A stretch of 60,676 nucleotides of DNA, taken from assembly GCA_012862495.1 (NCBI GenBank), contig BLSG01000329.1:208808-269483 (forward strand), in the 5' to 3' direction. This document shows positions 34,359 to 47,537 of the stretch, in pieces. Both the position numbers and the translations under genes were made by a program. The notes below the pieces were generated by a model. That model had not been told where the DNA came from, made no database searches, and saw nothing but the letters and a program-made list of their open reading frames with translations. The number at the start of each line of letters is the position of its first letter. Positions within the stretch are counted from its first letter, which is position 1. Source of the DNA: Thraustochytrium aureum (lineage: Eukaryota).

Positions 34359-34970
34359 TCAAAACTTGTGGTCCCGGTAAAACGTCAATGAGGTGAGAAG
34401 CATGAGTAGGACCTCGAAGGCAATCAGGACCATTCCCATACCATTCAGTATCCTGTCCACCTTTAGGACGTAAGTCTGCATCTGGAAATAGAACACGTGG
34501 ATCACAACAACGCCGATCGCAAAGAGAAAGGACCAGACCAAAGGACCGATTTGCTCCGTTTTGTTGCCCTTCGTAGCTGCATTTGCGATCGCAAGTTTAA
34601 CATCTGTTAGCCTCCTGGGTGGGATCGTCCCAACGCTGAGGCTGGTTGAGCTCGCAAAACTTACCCTGGAAAATCCGAGCATTCTCAAGCCCAAGGTACA
34701 CGAAGAGGAAGAACAGCTCGGTGCCGAAGACTCCGTCTGCATAAAGAAAGGTATTTGCTGTGCAAATGGTTTCAACATGTCAGCGCGTGCAAGAGTACGC
34801 CCCTGGTTGGACAAGGCCATCACGTCCTCCATGGCAACGAGGCCCTCCCTCCTTCACTTACACTTGTAGATGAACACTGCCAGGCTGATGCTGAAGAAAA
34901 GTACTGCGAAGGCCTTGTTGAAGAACAGTAAGATTTGCAGCGGAAGAGAAGAAAGCACTTGGTCCCCCAT
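34359..34970 (-). CDS. TMEM216: Ciliary transition-zone protein TMEM216 (TMEM17/216 family), 139 aa, exons 34970-34862, 34757-34665, 34576-34359
   Basis: Manual splice through two GTAAGT...CAG introns gives MGDQVLSSLPLQILLFFN...FIYK / ...YLGLENARIFQ / ATKGNKTEQ...QTYVLKVDRILN, matching family motifs LSSxPLxI, GxKGN and QTYVL. Exon lengths sum to 420 nt. Confidence 0.9.
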
Positions 34971-35789
34971 GTTCACGGACTGGCCGCCACGCCGCTGGCC
35001 CGAAACTCAGCCCGTCGCAACCTGAAATGCACAGTGCGCCCGCCGTCAAAGGTGCGCTTTGCAGGTTTATGGCGAAGAGCAACCTGTTCTGAACGAGGTT
35101 GCTGCCCGGGCCCTCCGCTTGCAGCGAGCCTCCCTCGTCGTTCGACCAACGACAAGGGACGTTTGATTGCCAACCAAGCTCGGTCGCAGCCCCCGCTCCA
35201 CACGTGTGTGATTCACCTGCGAACAGCTAGCTCTGCTTGCTGCCCGATAACCAGCTCCGGCTCGTCCCGGGCGCGTAGAGCGTACCGACAGTCGCCTCGC
35301 GCCAACTCTCCCGCCCCGCAGCGGACGTCAGCTTGCGAGATTGGTTGGGGCAGCCGGGCCTCCACGCGCGCGTTTCTGTCTCGCAGCCCGACCCGCACTG
35401 CCGAGTCGAAACGGTAACAACACGAACAAACGAGCTGATCGGGTGCGGTTTGAGAGAACAAACGAGCTACTCTTCTGAAGCGATCCCTTTGCCTCACAAT
35501 TGATGCCGGCTAGGCGAGCCTGCCGGCTTGGCGAGCCTGCCTGCTCGAGAGCTCATGGAACCCTTGCTCCGTGCAGCACAGTCCAGAAGATGGGTGCTGG
35601 CCGTTCGTTGCCGTGACTCGGAAAAAGTACTATTATTGGTCCAGTGCGCAGAGATGCGTTAATTGGCAATTATTGGTTGCGTTCAACGGAACGCAACTCG
35701 CTATTCCAAACGAATGTTGCCGATGCAGCACCAGAACCCCATCGGCCAGGGGCAGTGTCTTGGGCCGGGGCGGCGTGTCTTGTCTCTCC

Positions 35790-35852
35790 ACGCTCAGCAG
35801 GTGGCACGCGACGCTCAGCAGGTGGCACGCGACGCTCAGCAGGTGGGACGCG
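35790..35852. repeat. 21-bp tandem repeat x3
   Basis: acgctcagcaggtggcacgcg x2 plus a third near-identical copy. Confidence 0.9.
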
Positions 35853-36128
35853 CGTGCGCATCGCAAATCAATCACCCATCCATCATCATCATCCATCACT
35901 GCCGGTCGGCTGGTCAGTGAGGTCGTGTGTTCAGAGCTGATTTCGCAAGGCGCAAGGCGCCAGCCTGGTCCAAGGCAGCCTAGCCTGCGCAGCTGAGCAA
36001 CTAACTCAGTGCGGTGATCACCGTGAATCGATTGAACCCCCCAGCGGATCTGAGTGATTGATCGCGCACGCGAGCGCGCACCGTGCGTTCGAAGGCTATC
36101 TATCTGTATTTCCTTCCCTCCCTCCAAC

Positions 36129-36158
<30 letters not shown>
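36129..36158. repeat. (CAT)10 microsatellite
   Basis: Direct reading of the sequence. Confidence 0.95.
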
Positions 36159-36160
<2 letters not shown>

Positions 36161-36374
36161 GAATCCGAACTGGAAGCGCAAGTCGATTAGATTAGTCCAA
36201 GCAGATCAAGCCGCCCTGGGTATGGCATGTTACCCAACCAATCCCGCTGGCATCAATCAAATCAGGCCAGCAGGCAACCTTCGCGGCGAAGCAAATCAGT
36301 CTGACTACCGTCGGCACATACATACACCAAGAAGCATCGTCGAATAACAAACAACCAAGCTGCCGCCAGCCTGG

Positions 36375-39300
36375 ATGGCGGCAGGAGAAGGAGCCAAATC
36401 TGGTGAGGATGAGGAACTGAGCAAGAACGATGAGGACCCAAAGCATTGCGCCCTGTGTGAAGTTGAATGCTGCGTCGACGAAAGCCTGATCGAATTTTGC
36501 CAGAACGGGTGCAAGTTGTGCAAGGCTTGCGCAACGAACGCATCGACCCTTGCTGCACTTTTTGAATCCGAGAACGAAATCCCGCCACCGACGAGAACGA
36601 ATCAAGTGGAGGAGGAGGATTCCATCATTGCAACCCTCGAGAACGGTGCGTCTGAGGACGACCCTCAGAGCGCCGAGGACATGGAAAGCCGTGATCTTTG
36701 CATCATCTGCGAGGTGAGTTTTTGTTTTGCTTCCTTCCCCCGCGTCATGCTGCTCCCCGTTTGTGCCTTTGCTGGCGACACATGGCTGACAGCGCAGGTG
36801 CGAAGGCCTCCCCGCTCCTTCCACTCTGCCAAACTCGAGAAATGTTTGAGGATGCGTGCAACGCGCACTTTTCGAAGAAGAAAGCACCAGAAGAACTCGA
36901 GACAGACCAGCCTGAGACAACGAGAAGCCAAGAGCCAAACGCTCTGCCAGCTTGTGACACGAAGGTGGACGACGCTGCAGCGGAAGGCGGGAATGATCTT
37001 GAGAGCGATTCTTGGGCGGCATCATCCGTCGCAAGCGACATTGACGACCCCGAGGACTGCGCAAGCGACGAAAGGCAAAGGAGTCAGCGAGAACGAAAGC
37101 CGGAAACGATATTTCCGTACTCGGGGGGCAACGTTGATATCGAGCGCGAGGACATTCTGCAAGCCTTCGAGCGCGCGCCAGTGAGCACAGTGCCAAAGAT
37201 CCCCGAGCAGCCGAGCTATTCCCCAGAGGGTTTTGCGCGGCCGTTCCAAGCCATTCAGCACCAGATGAGCGAAGGCCGGCGCCCCTCCCCGCAGCGCAAG
37301 CTCGGCATAAGGAACCTTCTTGCGGAAATCAACGAAATACTAGACCAATGGCTGACTTCCTCGAAAGAGACCGGCAGTCCCATCCCCCTGGCGGAGTTTG
37401 CAACAAATTTCACCTTCAAGCAATACGGCGTGAAAAAGATGGCAGAGCAACACATGATGGACCTCACGCTGGGTTTGCTGTCTCACGTTGGGCACAGCGA
37501 GCGAATAGCCACGTTTGCGCGACTCGTTGGCGTCCTGAAACCGGAACTCTACACGCCAGAGGCGACGACCGTGCTTCTTCACGTCTTGCAGCACTTATTT
37601 GACACGCTCGGCGAGATGCGCGATTGCCTTCGACAACCGGAAGGAGAGGCCATGGTCGACGCGGCCCGAGCGCTTGACGCAATAAACAGACTGTTTCAAG
37701 GCTCGTCGCAGGTTTGGCAGCTTGAAGGGCTGCGCCAAGCCTGCGAAGCTGCTCAACTAGTTCCTCCTTGGAGCTCGGCGGCTCGACGATCGCTCCTCAC
37801 AAACGTGGAGCGTTTGGGCAAGAGCGCGGGCAGCCAGAGGCAGCCAGCAAGGCGAATGAGCAGGCCTGGCGGCCGCCCGCCAGATACCAAAGTCGACCTC
37901 GACACACTCCTCCACTTTGCTTTGACAACGTGGATTGGGGAATGGGGGAAAGCACGCTCCAGCCTTGAGCGTGCTCGGCAAGTCGAGCTGTCCAGCCAGC
38001 GCGCAGAGGCAGCTCGTCGCGCTGCGATTCTAAGGAGCGCCGACGCGCGGCCCTGCGGTCCCACGGAATCGGCACTGTTTCGCAAGTTCGCAGAGGATAC
38101 CTGCAAAGAACTAGGCCTTGCGGAGATGCCGCTTTGCCCGGAAGACGCGGCCTGGGATCGATTCATGGACAAGAACAGCTTGGCTAGAGCGATGGCCGCC
38201 CCGCTTCTCCCGCCGGGCTCTAGCTTTATTCTCAATCGCTCGCGCTCTGCCCTTTGCGCGACGTGGGCAACTATCGAGCAAGAGCGCAAGAGGAAGGAGA
38301 AGGTGTTCTGGGACTTTCGTCGCTGGAGCTGGGATGAGGACTGGGAGTGGGGAGGAATTCAGATCGTTGACGAGCCCTTTGAAGGCGTCAAGCGCGTACC
38401 GGTAGCTACTTCCCGCCGCTGCACGATTCCTGCCAAGGAACCCAAGGCCTCGTCAAACGCGAGCCAGCTAAGCAAACGCCCCGCAGGGACCCTCAAGTTG
38501 CACGAGGCGAGCAGCGATGCGGAAGAGGCAAGCGGACCTCTCCTGCCTTGCATCACACGAAGGCAGGGCGGCCCTTTCCCGGCGAGGCGGCGCTCGTTGA
38601 CGGCGACAAACTTGCGATCGGGCAAGTTTCATCCGCTGTTGGAAAGGGGAGAAATGGACGGGGGGGCACGCGAAGCCTCTGACTGGCACAGCAGATCGGC
38701 TGAAAGCTCAGAATTTGCCCTCTCACCTCACAACCAAGCCCCCAACACATCGGCATTCGCACAGACTCTGGGTCAGAGGCGACTACTTCAGCCAGTGAAA
38801 ACGCCAAGTCGCTCCGTCCCGGCGCTGCCAGTACGCGAAAGCAGCGAATGCTCCATGGAGATCCTGCAGTCGAGCTCAAAATCGAACGACGGCGGGCAGT
38901 ACCATGCTTCTATCGACCTTCGTCACTACTCCTCGGGTACGCACGGCGCCCTTGCGCTGGTAGAAGCACTTCGCCGGCCGCGCACCTTGCACGTCGGGTT
39001 TTTGCGGTGCGCGACAACGCGTACAGTGACGACGAGTCAGCTGCTATTGTGGACGCCATCAGCTCCAGCCACGCGGTCTCACGGCTTGACCTCGCTGGGA
39101 ACCGCGGAGGGCGCTTGCTCGCTCAATCGTTGTGCTCCGCGTTTCAACCCGGAGGCTCGCTTGGTGCAATCGTGGAGCTTAGCCTTGCCGGGAACAAGAT
39201 TGGGCTGAACGCAGCACAAGACTTGTTTGCGTCGCTGGTCTGCCTGCCAGACCTTCGGCGTCTTGACATGTCGCAAACAGCGCTGGCAAGCAGCCCAACA

Positions 39301-39816
39301 CTCGCTGCGCGGCTCGGCGATCTGGTGTCGGTCCGCGGGCCGCCGATTCAAAGCCTGGACCTCAGTTGGAACGCACTTCGCTCAGAAGATATAGCCCCGC
39401 TTCTGGAAGCTGCATCTCGTGCGACGTCGCTGCTTCAGTGCCTCTCCTTCAGCTTTAACCGCGTGAACGACGACATTGCCGAGTACCTCGGCCGCCTCCT
39501 AGAGTCGTCCTCAACAATTCGAGACATTGATGTTGCGCACAACGCCATGACGGGGGCGAGCTGCCCTAGTATCGCGCGTGGCCTCAGCGCGTCGAGCAGT
39601 GTACACAGTTTGGACGTGAGCGGGAATATAATTGGGCCTGAGGGGGCACAACTCCTGCTTTCTGGGGTCAGAGGCAGAAGGCGTGAGGCCAAGCCAACTG
39701 TGCACGTGGACGGCTGCGGTATTTTCCACGTCCCGCTGGCACGACTCGACGATGCGACGGACAGTATCTTCTGCTTCGGCCGCTATTCAGGGCAGCTCGA
39801 GCTCGACGCGCGCTAG
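36375..39816 (+). CDS. Protein with N-terminal Cys-rich (RING-like) zinc finger, central helical region and C-terminal RNI-like LRRs; intron 36714-36797; frameshifts ~36870 and ~39000
   Basis: CALC...C...CKLCKAC...CIIC; intron GTGAGT...GCTGAC...CAG; LRRs IDLRHY, LDLAGN, LSLAGNKIG, LDMSQT, LDLSWNAL, LSFSFNRV, IDVAHNAM, LDVSGNIIG. Both frameshifts are repaired by one T in a T-run. Confidence 0.7.
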
Positions 39817-40141
39817 TTTGCCTCCCCCAGTGCATTTCCCTTTCAGGGAGAGAGCTTGCGTCTCGGGTGTGAAGCAAGAGCTAGCGCTAGAGACGTGCGT
39901 GGTCTTCGCTATGGCTTCGGGATAGGACCAGCGACCACAGCACTGCATTGCGCAAGGGGCAGGTGGACGTGGGGCCATAAGCAACGGCCCCGGCAGCTCG
40001 CCTGCAGTGCTTTGGAAGTACTCTGAAAGCCCGCCTTGCCCAGGGAACAACAAACTGCCTTTGTAGGTACTCTATACTACTCTACCGGTGTTGTGAGCAC
40101 AGCACAGTACTGCTTGTCCTGATAGAGTACTTCCATGCCTG

Positions 40142-43100
40142 CTAAAGTAGCCCATCCTCAGCCTCAACAAAGTACTCCATCACCTCGTCCTTGGCAAGCA
40201 TGAGGGCAGTTGCGCCATCCTCGTCCTCCGCATTCTGGTCTGCCCCGGTCTCTATTAGCCACTGAACCACGCGGACATGGCCGCCAAGTGCAGCCAAGTG
40301 CAGTGGCGTTCGCTTGCGCTCGTCTTCGATCGCGTCAAAAAGGACGCCGCGATCAAGCGTTCCGACATACCTGAGGATTTCAAGGTTGCCAGAGGAAGCA
40401 GCAGCGTGGGCCAGCTTTCCGCACATCGAAACGGATGGACCGAGAAGGCTTAGGACGCGAGGGTTGTCTGCCTTTGCTGACCTGGCAGCCAGAACAGCGA
40501 GCTTTGCCCGGTCGATTTGAAACGGAAACGCGTTCTCGCTCTCCCAAAAGCTGAGGATTGCCGCCAACACCTTGTCAAAGCCGCCCTCAACGGCTGCGCA
40601 GAACTGGTCCTCGCTTGCCAACGCGCGCGGCTGCGCTTCAAGCAGGACTTGGACAATCTCATCGTGGCCGCTGACGATGGCCGCGGTCAAGACCTCCTCC
40701 AGGTCCACGTCGTCGGTCTTGAGATAACCGAGCACGTTGGCGCAGCAGGCGAGGTGGTTGCTGAGCGCACACTCCATCAAGAGCTCACGAAGCATGGCCG
40801 AGTCGCAGGTGCTGGCACTGCGATCAAGCAGCACGGCGAGGGTCTTGCTGTGGTTGTTTCGCGTCGCGAGGTGCAGCGGCGTGGAGTCTTCCTTGTCGCG
40901 CACCAGGATCGCATCTGGGGCAAGGGTGAAGAGAAGCGCAACCAGAGTTGCGCACCCACTACCTGCGGCCACGTGCAGCGGGAGCTGGCCCAACCTGTTT
41001 TGCGTCATGACTGCCGCTTTGAGCTGTGTGCACGCTACGGCGCTGATTCCATCAATGCTGGCGTTCGTTGCCATGTGGTGCAGCGGGGTGTTGCCTTCCA
41101 GATTCTGCACACTAGCTGACGCACCAAGGTCCATGAGCGCAGCGATCGCGGCCTCACTTGCCTCGAATGCCGCGTTGTGTAGGGGCGTGTTTCCAGCATG
41201 GTCGACAATGTTGTCGAGCACCACGAGCGGGTTCTTCTTCAACAGCCGAAAGAGAGCCTCGGGTACGAGACCCAATGCAGCCACTAAGTGAATTGGAGTG
41301 ACCCCCTGCACGTCATGGGCAACAAGAAGCTCAATGGGCTCGCTCAGTGCCTTGAGCAAGAGACATAGCGCGCCTTCGCTGCTCGCGGCATAGTGCATCG
41401 CGTTTCTGCCCTCCTTGTCGACAAGCTCGTGCGTGTCCAGGCAGAGGCGCATCGTCTCAAGCGCGCCCGTCTCCGCGCCTGCCATCAACAAGGATACGCC
41501 CTCCGCGGTTTGAAACATTGTCGGAAACCCTGCTTCGACCGCAGAACGAGTCTTAAGTACAATTCTGTCCCCCTTTTCTTGAACGCTCGCGATCAAGCTC
41601 TGGGGGATCTCCACGAACCGGGCAGTCTCGCCAGCGTCCACTTTGTCGTCTTCTGCATCGTCGGTTATAGCTTGCCACCCCCCCTTCAAGAGCGAAGCGA
41701 CTTGCTCGTGATTGTTGAGCACAGCGACTCGCCAGGGCGTCCGCCCAGCTTTGTCTTGGATCGTCACGTCTGCGCCGGCTCGAAGAAGGAATTCGGCTTG
41801 CTGCATAAGTCCACGGTAAGCGGCAATGTGAAGCGCCGTGCTTCCGTCGTCGTCTCTGGCGTCCACGAGTGCGTGACCTGATTCGACAAGGAGCTTGACA
41901 ATCTCAATCCTGCTCTCACCACCGAGGGCTTTGTGGAGCGGAGTCCTGCCCATGTCGCTCGAGTCTTGCGCGTTTGCATCTTGGTCGCGGTACAAGAGCG
42001 CAAGGACGACGCCTTCGAGCCCCATCGCGCAAGCGTCGTGGAGTAGCGTGCGGCCAAACTTGGAGACTTCCGCTTTCTTGCTAATCAGGTACTCGGCAAG
42101 CTCCCCATGCCCATTGCGGACGGCCAAGGTGACGGCCGAGAGCCCAAAGTCGTTCTTGTGGTTGATGTCAAGGCCCCACTTCAGGCACTTTTTGGCGATC
42201 TTCTTCCTGCCGTGGGCACAAGCCACAGTGAGAACAGTGTCGCCGTTGATGTCCTCGAGCTCGACGCAGCTCGAGATTGCGTGCAGGTCCTCTACTTGCT
42301 GCCTATTCCCAATCCGTGTTTGGTAAAACACGTCGGTGAGGCGCTCCAAGCGCATCTTGGCCACGCGCGCGCGTCCAAGCCTTGCACGAACGATCCGCTG
42401 AATGTGGATCGAGGCCCAGATTTTGCTCGTTCGTGCTGCGCACCACCGCAAAAACCTGACACGAGCTCGCCCATACATCCAACCGCGCGCCACGCGTTGG
42501 ATCGTGAGGGCGGCGGCTTCGCGGAGAAGGTGGTCGTGTTCGGAGTGGACTTTCTCAAAGCGCGTCCTGCATAGGACGCCACGAGCAACGCCCTGGATGG
42601 CGACGGCAGAGAGAGCGCGGCGGTTCGAAACCTTCCGAGTTGCCTCTGCCTTGACCACGCGGATTGCAGCTGCGCAGCGCCAAAAGCGTTGCAAGCGCTC
42701 GGCCGCCAAACGGTATCGCTTCACCCTCGCTGCAGAAACGACACGCTTTCCTTCGAGCCACATTCGAAAAATTGACTGGATGCAAAGCGCAGCGCGCAGG
42801 AGCCTCTCACTCTGTCTGCGGTCTGACAGGCTCCTGCTGCATCGCTTGCTCAGCGCTCGGCGCACACAGGCGCATATCGAGGTCGCGGCTTCGTTGAGGC
42901 GCTCGACGTGCCGGACGAACCGCTCTTTCCGCACCGCTCGAGTCGCCAAAAACATCCTCGCCGTCGCCTGGATCTTGATGCTCGACCGCTCGCGGAACTC
43001 CTCGTGGCGCTTTGCGTTTTCGGCAAACTCGAGCTTGAGCCTGACTTGGCGCGAAATCATTTTGTAGCTCACTTCGCAACGACGGCTCAAGCGGTTAGCG

Positions 43101-43775
43101 ATGCCACTCGCCGTTCTGGCGGCCTTGCGAATGAGCACCACTTACTTTTCATTTTGCGTTGCATCCGCAACTTGCCCGAGTTGCGTTTCAGCCACCGGCG
43201 CATGAGCCAGCCTCGCACGATGCGCTGGATCCGCCGGGCCGCCTCAGATTCTTGCCGTGACCGCTTTTCCCGCCTGTGGCCAAGGCGCGCCAAGAAGGCT
43301 GATTCTTCGGCTTGCAGGCTCTGCCCTCCACCGATTGCGCGTTTCATCCCTGGAGGCCGCCTCAGAAGCTCGCCTCTTGGAAAAAGCGGGGACTTGTACG
43401 CGAGTTTGCCAATGGAGCCCACCTGTTTATTGCCAGACTCATCACGGGCGACACCAGGGAGGAGGTCGTCCCATCCGCCAATTTCGAGAATGTCGATTGA
43501 GCTCACGGTGGCGATCACGTCGCTGTGGGTGCACCTCCGCGAGTTGAAATAGCTGCAGGCAGGTGTTAACAGGGTCAGCGAATACTCAGAGTGCCTGTGC
43601 CGTAGCGCTCCGGGTCGACGAGGACGCTCACCCACCGGGGGCCTGCCTCGATGAGCGGTGGCGGCGGGGCGCGAACTTACATTTGCCTTGTCACAAGGTG
43701 CGGACGCTTCAGAGCGATGACTTGATCTTGCTCCTTGAGCTCTTGGTCCTTAATCCATGCCTCCATGGTCGCCAT
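40142..43775 (-). CDS. IQ calmodulin-binding motif and ankyrin repeat protein; intron 43680-43554; frameshift ~43140
   Basis: Multiple IQxxxRG-like motifs (IQRIVRGW, IQATARMF, IQGVARG, IQRVARGW, IQRIVRA) followed by many ankyrin repeats (GRTPLHKA, GSTALHIAA, GNTPLHNAA, TPLHLAA). Intron GTAAGT...GCTGAC...CAG joins exon 1 in frame. Confidence 0.88.
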
Positions 43776-44223
43776 CCCCAGGGGCGGCTGGCTGGAAGGC
43801 AGCACTGGCGCAAGGCGGCCGGAATGCGTTGCGAGGGTCTTGCTTGGCCTACAACAACAACGCAGGGCAGTCAGGTCCAAGAGCACAAGCCAGCGCCCTT
43901 AGCGCTCCGCTCGGCGCGCTCCGCTCGGCGCGCTCTCCTGGAGCTCGATGGCAGTGTTGTCCTGTCGCGCAGCGGCGCGAGGCCTCGAGCTGCTTGCTGT
44001 CTGCATCTCCAGACCCTGACCACGACTGGCGCAGATCCGTTGGGGCGGTCGGGAGCCAGACACAGGGCGGTCGGTGTTGTGAAGAACGAACGAAGCGGCC
44101 CAGGCACCTCACGCGAACGGATCGATCGGCGACCTGCAGTCCTCATCGCGCCCGCGTTGCGCGGTGGGCTGTGGCACTGCGTGCAGGGCTTGGCTTTTGG
44201 CGCACAGGAGCGCGCTTGGGCTG

Positions 44224-45984
44224 ATGCGAAGGCGGCACAGAGGCAGCGCGGGTTTGCCGCGCAAGTTCTCTGTTTCAGAGCTGCGAGCGCGCCTCAGTGA
44301 CGGTGAGCTTGGCGCAGACGCGGAAGGGCGAGCGGCGCTGCCATGGTCGAAAGCAATCGCGGAAAGGCTCAAGCTCAAGCCCTTGCGCAAGCGTGTCTGG
44401 TGGGGCGTTCGGGTATTTGCTGACGAGCGCGGGCTGCCCCAGGAGATTTCGCTCGACGAATACGAGGTAAGTGGGCTTTGTTCTGGTCCAACGCTGGCAC
44501 CGACAGGGCGAAGCACGCAAGCACGGCAGCTGTATTATTAGCGAGCGCGATCCCTTTCCAGATCTAGCCCTAGCTTGAGCTCGCTCGCCTCTCCAGATCT
44601 AGCCCTAGCTTAAGCTCGCTCAACGGGCTGGATCCAGTATCGTCGAGCGCGGCGGCCAGCGATGTTGATGCTAACGAACCGTGTGGCCTGCGGAGTATAG
44701 GAGCGCCGAGCGAGAAACCCCAAAAGGTTTGACGAGGAGTTCCCAAGCCTGATTTGGCAAGAGAGACGGCGCGAACGCCTGGCGCGGGAACAAGCTGCGC
44801 GCGACCGCCAGGATGCTCATCTGGTCAAAAAGCAGCGTATCAAGGTGAACGAGCGAAGCGCCAAGCAGCTCGCATTTAAAGAAAGTCTTGACCACCATCT
44901 CGCACAGCACGAGCGGGCACAGGTCGCTCTCGATCAGGAAAGACTGGAGAGGTTCTACCATGAAAAACTGATTGTCGCCCAATTTGAAGCAGACGAACAA
45001 GCAAAACACGAACGAGCCGTACAAACGCTTGCGACGAAAAACGCGCAGGCACAAGCAAGGGCCCAGGCTGAACGAGAAGCCGCGGCCATCGCCTTGAAAG
45101 CGGAGCAAGACAGAATTGCAGACGCTGAAGCAAAGGAAGCAAGCGAGCTCGAGCAAAAGGTCAACTCAATTATGATTTCCTCCGGGACCTGCAAAGGCCC
45201 TCAGCGGTCGAAAACCGAAGTGCGCGCTTTGGGCCAGGTCGTCGTTCGCTTTGCCCAGGAAAACGACAACATGGTAAGTGAGGCCATCGATGGCCCCGGC
45301 AACCGCAAAGTGCTGACCGTGCGTGGCCGCGCCATTTCCCCCAGGACGCCGCCCTTGTTGCCTTCAACCTCTGGCCCTTGAGCGATTATTCTCGTCGGTT
45401 CCCAACTGCCAAAGACCACGCGCGAAAATTCCCTCAGTTTTTTGGGGCAAACATGAACAGAGTACTTGGCCAGTGCCTGGGCGAGCTTGGAGCGGAAGCC
45501 CTTGGGAAAGCGCTTGAGAAGGGATCTTTTCCGCGGATGACCGAGCTTTGCCTCGCCTTCAACGACGTTCGTTTTCGCGGTTGCCGAGCGGTGTCCCGCG
45601 CGCTCGCAAGCGCCACTTGCGCGCATCTCGTGCAAGTGGTACTGACCGGCAACAATCTGGGAGACCAAGCCGCCGAAGCAGTCGCGGAGTGGCTTGCGAT
45701 AGGAAAGTCGAAAGCCCCGTCGCTGAAACTCCTGGATCTGAGCTCTAACAGAGTTGGCGACGGTGGTGCGCGCGCCCTCGCTCATGCGCTCATGTCGAGC
45801 TCAACAGCCCCGATTGAGGTTTTTGCGGCTGCGAGACAATCATATCTCTGATGGAGGGGCTCGCGCTCTTGCTCATGCAGCGCGGGTGAGTGACTCTTTG
45901 TCAGTGCTGGTCTTGAAGGCCAACCGGGTAAGCGTTGGGGCGGCTCGTAGTTTGGCACTTCGTTCGTCGGCGTTGCAGCTTTGA
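44224..45984 (+). CDS. Coiled-coil plus RNI-like LRR protein; introns 44467-44700 and 45274-45344; frameshift ~45822; start uncertain
   Basis: Both GTAAGT...GCTRAC...AG introns preserve frame. An E/A/Q/K-rich coiled coil precedes LRRs LCLAFNDV, VVLTGNNLGD, LDLSSNRVGDGGARALA, LRLRDNHISDGGARALA, LVLKANRV. Confidence 0.72.
44557..44621. repeat. 30-bp direct repeat x2 inside intron
   Basis: tccagatctagccctagctt(g/a)agctcgctc at 44557 and 44592. Confidence 0.9.
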
Positions 45985-46149
45985 GCGGCAAGTCCGGCAA
46001 ACGTTCACCTTTGGGGTTCGGGAACCGCGCGCGGGGCGCCGCCGATCGATTGTTTTCAATAAATGAAAGCCACAGTTGGCATGGCAAGTTTTCGGTGTGG
46101 CAACGGGCTCGACGCATCAAAGCCCTACCCAGTGCGTGGCCGTCTCCTG

Positions 46150-47292
46150 TCATCTTGAAGACACCGCGGAAAACCGCGTTCCTCCAAAAGGCCGCCCGCG
46201 GTCAACTTGAACTCCCACACCGCACCCCTCGAGGGTGAGTTGTTCCTCCACGACCAGCGGCGAGCCACACAACACCACACGTCTCAATGCTGTGAGCTGA
46301 ACTAATCGGACAGACTCGAGGGACTGAAGCATCGAAAGGTCCATGCATTCCACGGAAGCACACGATTCAGTGACGAGGCTGCAAAGGCTCGAACAAGCCG
46401 TCAGGTCCACCTTCTCCAAGCGGTCAAGCCCAACCAGTGTGAGGGAGGCCAAATTCGGCGAGCAGGAAACGACGAGCTCGCGCAGGCTCTCGACGCCGCG
46501 CAGTTCTAGGCGTTCGAGGTCCTCCCCTCCGGGGATTTCAAGTCGTGCTAGGTTGGGGCAGCAGCCGACAAACTCTGACACGGCTTCCCCAGATAGGCCG
46601 TGAATCTCGCACACCAAAGTGTGAAGCGAAGGCAAGGCGCCAACTACGCGCAGTACAGAGAGCGCTGGCAGCAATCGCAAGCTGAGCGTCCTGAGAGTTT
46701 CGTGCGCCACAATCGAGATTTCGTTTATGCCTTGGCAGTTGGTGACAGCGACCTCAACAAGGGCTGGACACCTTTGCAGGAGAGCGGAGACTTGAGCACC
46801 GGTCAGCGCACGCAGCCCATCCAGATCCAGGTGCGCCATGCGCGCTCCAAAGCCTCCGCAAAAGTCTGTGAGTGAACTCGCGCTCCAGAGAATACAGCCC
46901 CCGAGCGAAAGGGAGACCAGGTCTGGAAGAAACTTGGCCAGGCTTTGGACGCAGTCGTCAAATTCAAGGGCAGCTTCGCGCAAGGTAAGATGATCGATTC
47001 TAGCTTGCGACTCGGCGAGCGCCTCCAGCCAGCCTTGGACGCGTCTGGGCTCCACGCCAGCGCAACAGGCGAGGTCGACGCGAGCCACGGCTCGGGCGAG
47101 CCCTAGTGCTCTTCGGAGTTGCTGGCCTGCTGCTGGGCTCGCCGGCGACCCGGTGGCGCATAGACTTGTCAGCTCTGGGACGACTGCGCCAAGTCGTGTC
47201 GCGCGGCAGGTTTGGAGAACACTGGACACGTCGTGCCACTCCAAGAGGCTCAGGACGCGCCCCTTGATCGCGTCGGGGAGGAGGTCGAGCAT
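46150..47292 (-). CDS. F-box/leucine-rich repeat protein
   Basis: MLDLLPDAIKGRVLSLLEWHDVSSVLQTCRA (F-box-like) followed by Cys-containing LRRs (LSLGGC, LDLDGL, CPALVEV, CPNLARL, VDLTACSSL). Confidence 0.8.
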   Translation of the reverse strand: MLDLLPDAIKGRVLSLLEWHDVSSVLQTCRATRLGAVVPELTSLCATGSPASPAAGQQLRRALGLARAVARVDLACCAGVEPRRVQGWLEALAESQARIDHLTLREAALEFDDCVQSLAKFLPDLVSLSLGGCILWSASSLTDFCGGFGARMAHLDLDGLRALTGAQVSALLQRCPALVEVAVTNCQGINEISIVAHETLRTLSLRLLPALSVLRVVGALPSLHTLVCEIHGLSGEAVSEFVGCCPNLARLEIPGGEDLERLELRGVESLRELVVSCSPNLASLTLVGLDRLEKVDLTACSSLCSLVTESCASVECMDLSMLQSLESVRLVQLTALRRVVLCGSPLVVEEQLTLEGCGVGVQVDRGRPFGGTRFSAVSSR

Positions 47293-47537
47293 GGCTAGCG
47301 CGCGCCGCAGCGGGCTTCCTCCTTGCGCCCCGCTGCGGCAGGCACCCGGCAGCAACAGCACTTGCAGCACTTGCAAGCAGGCACTCGAGCCACTCCACTT
47401 CAGCGCAGGCGCGGTCGGCGCTTGTTGCCGAGGCGGGTTGGGTTCGCGAATTTGAGTTTGTTCGGCGGCGGAAAGGGGAATTTTCTGTGTGATTCTTGCA
47501 ACTTGTGACGCCTGTTGCCGGTCGGGACGGCGGTACT

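Noticed and set aside
36054..36347. Poly-His ORF
   Set aside because: Translation of a (CAT)n microsatellite upstream of the next gene; non-ATG start and no other coding signal.
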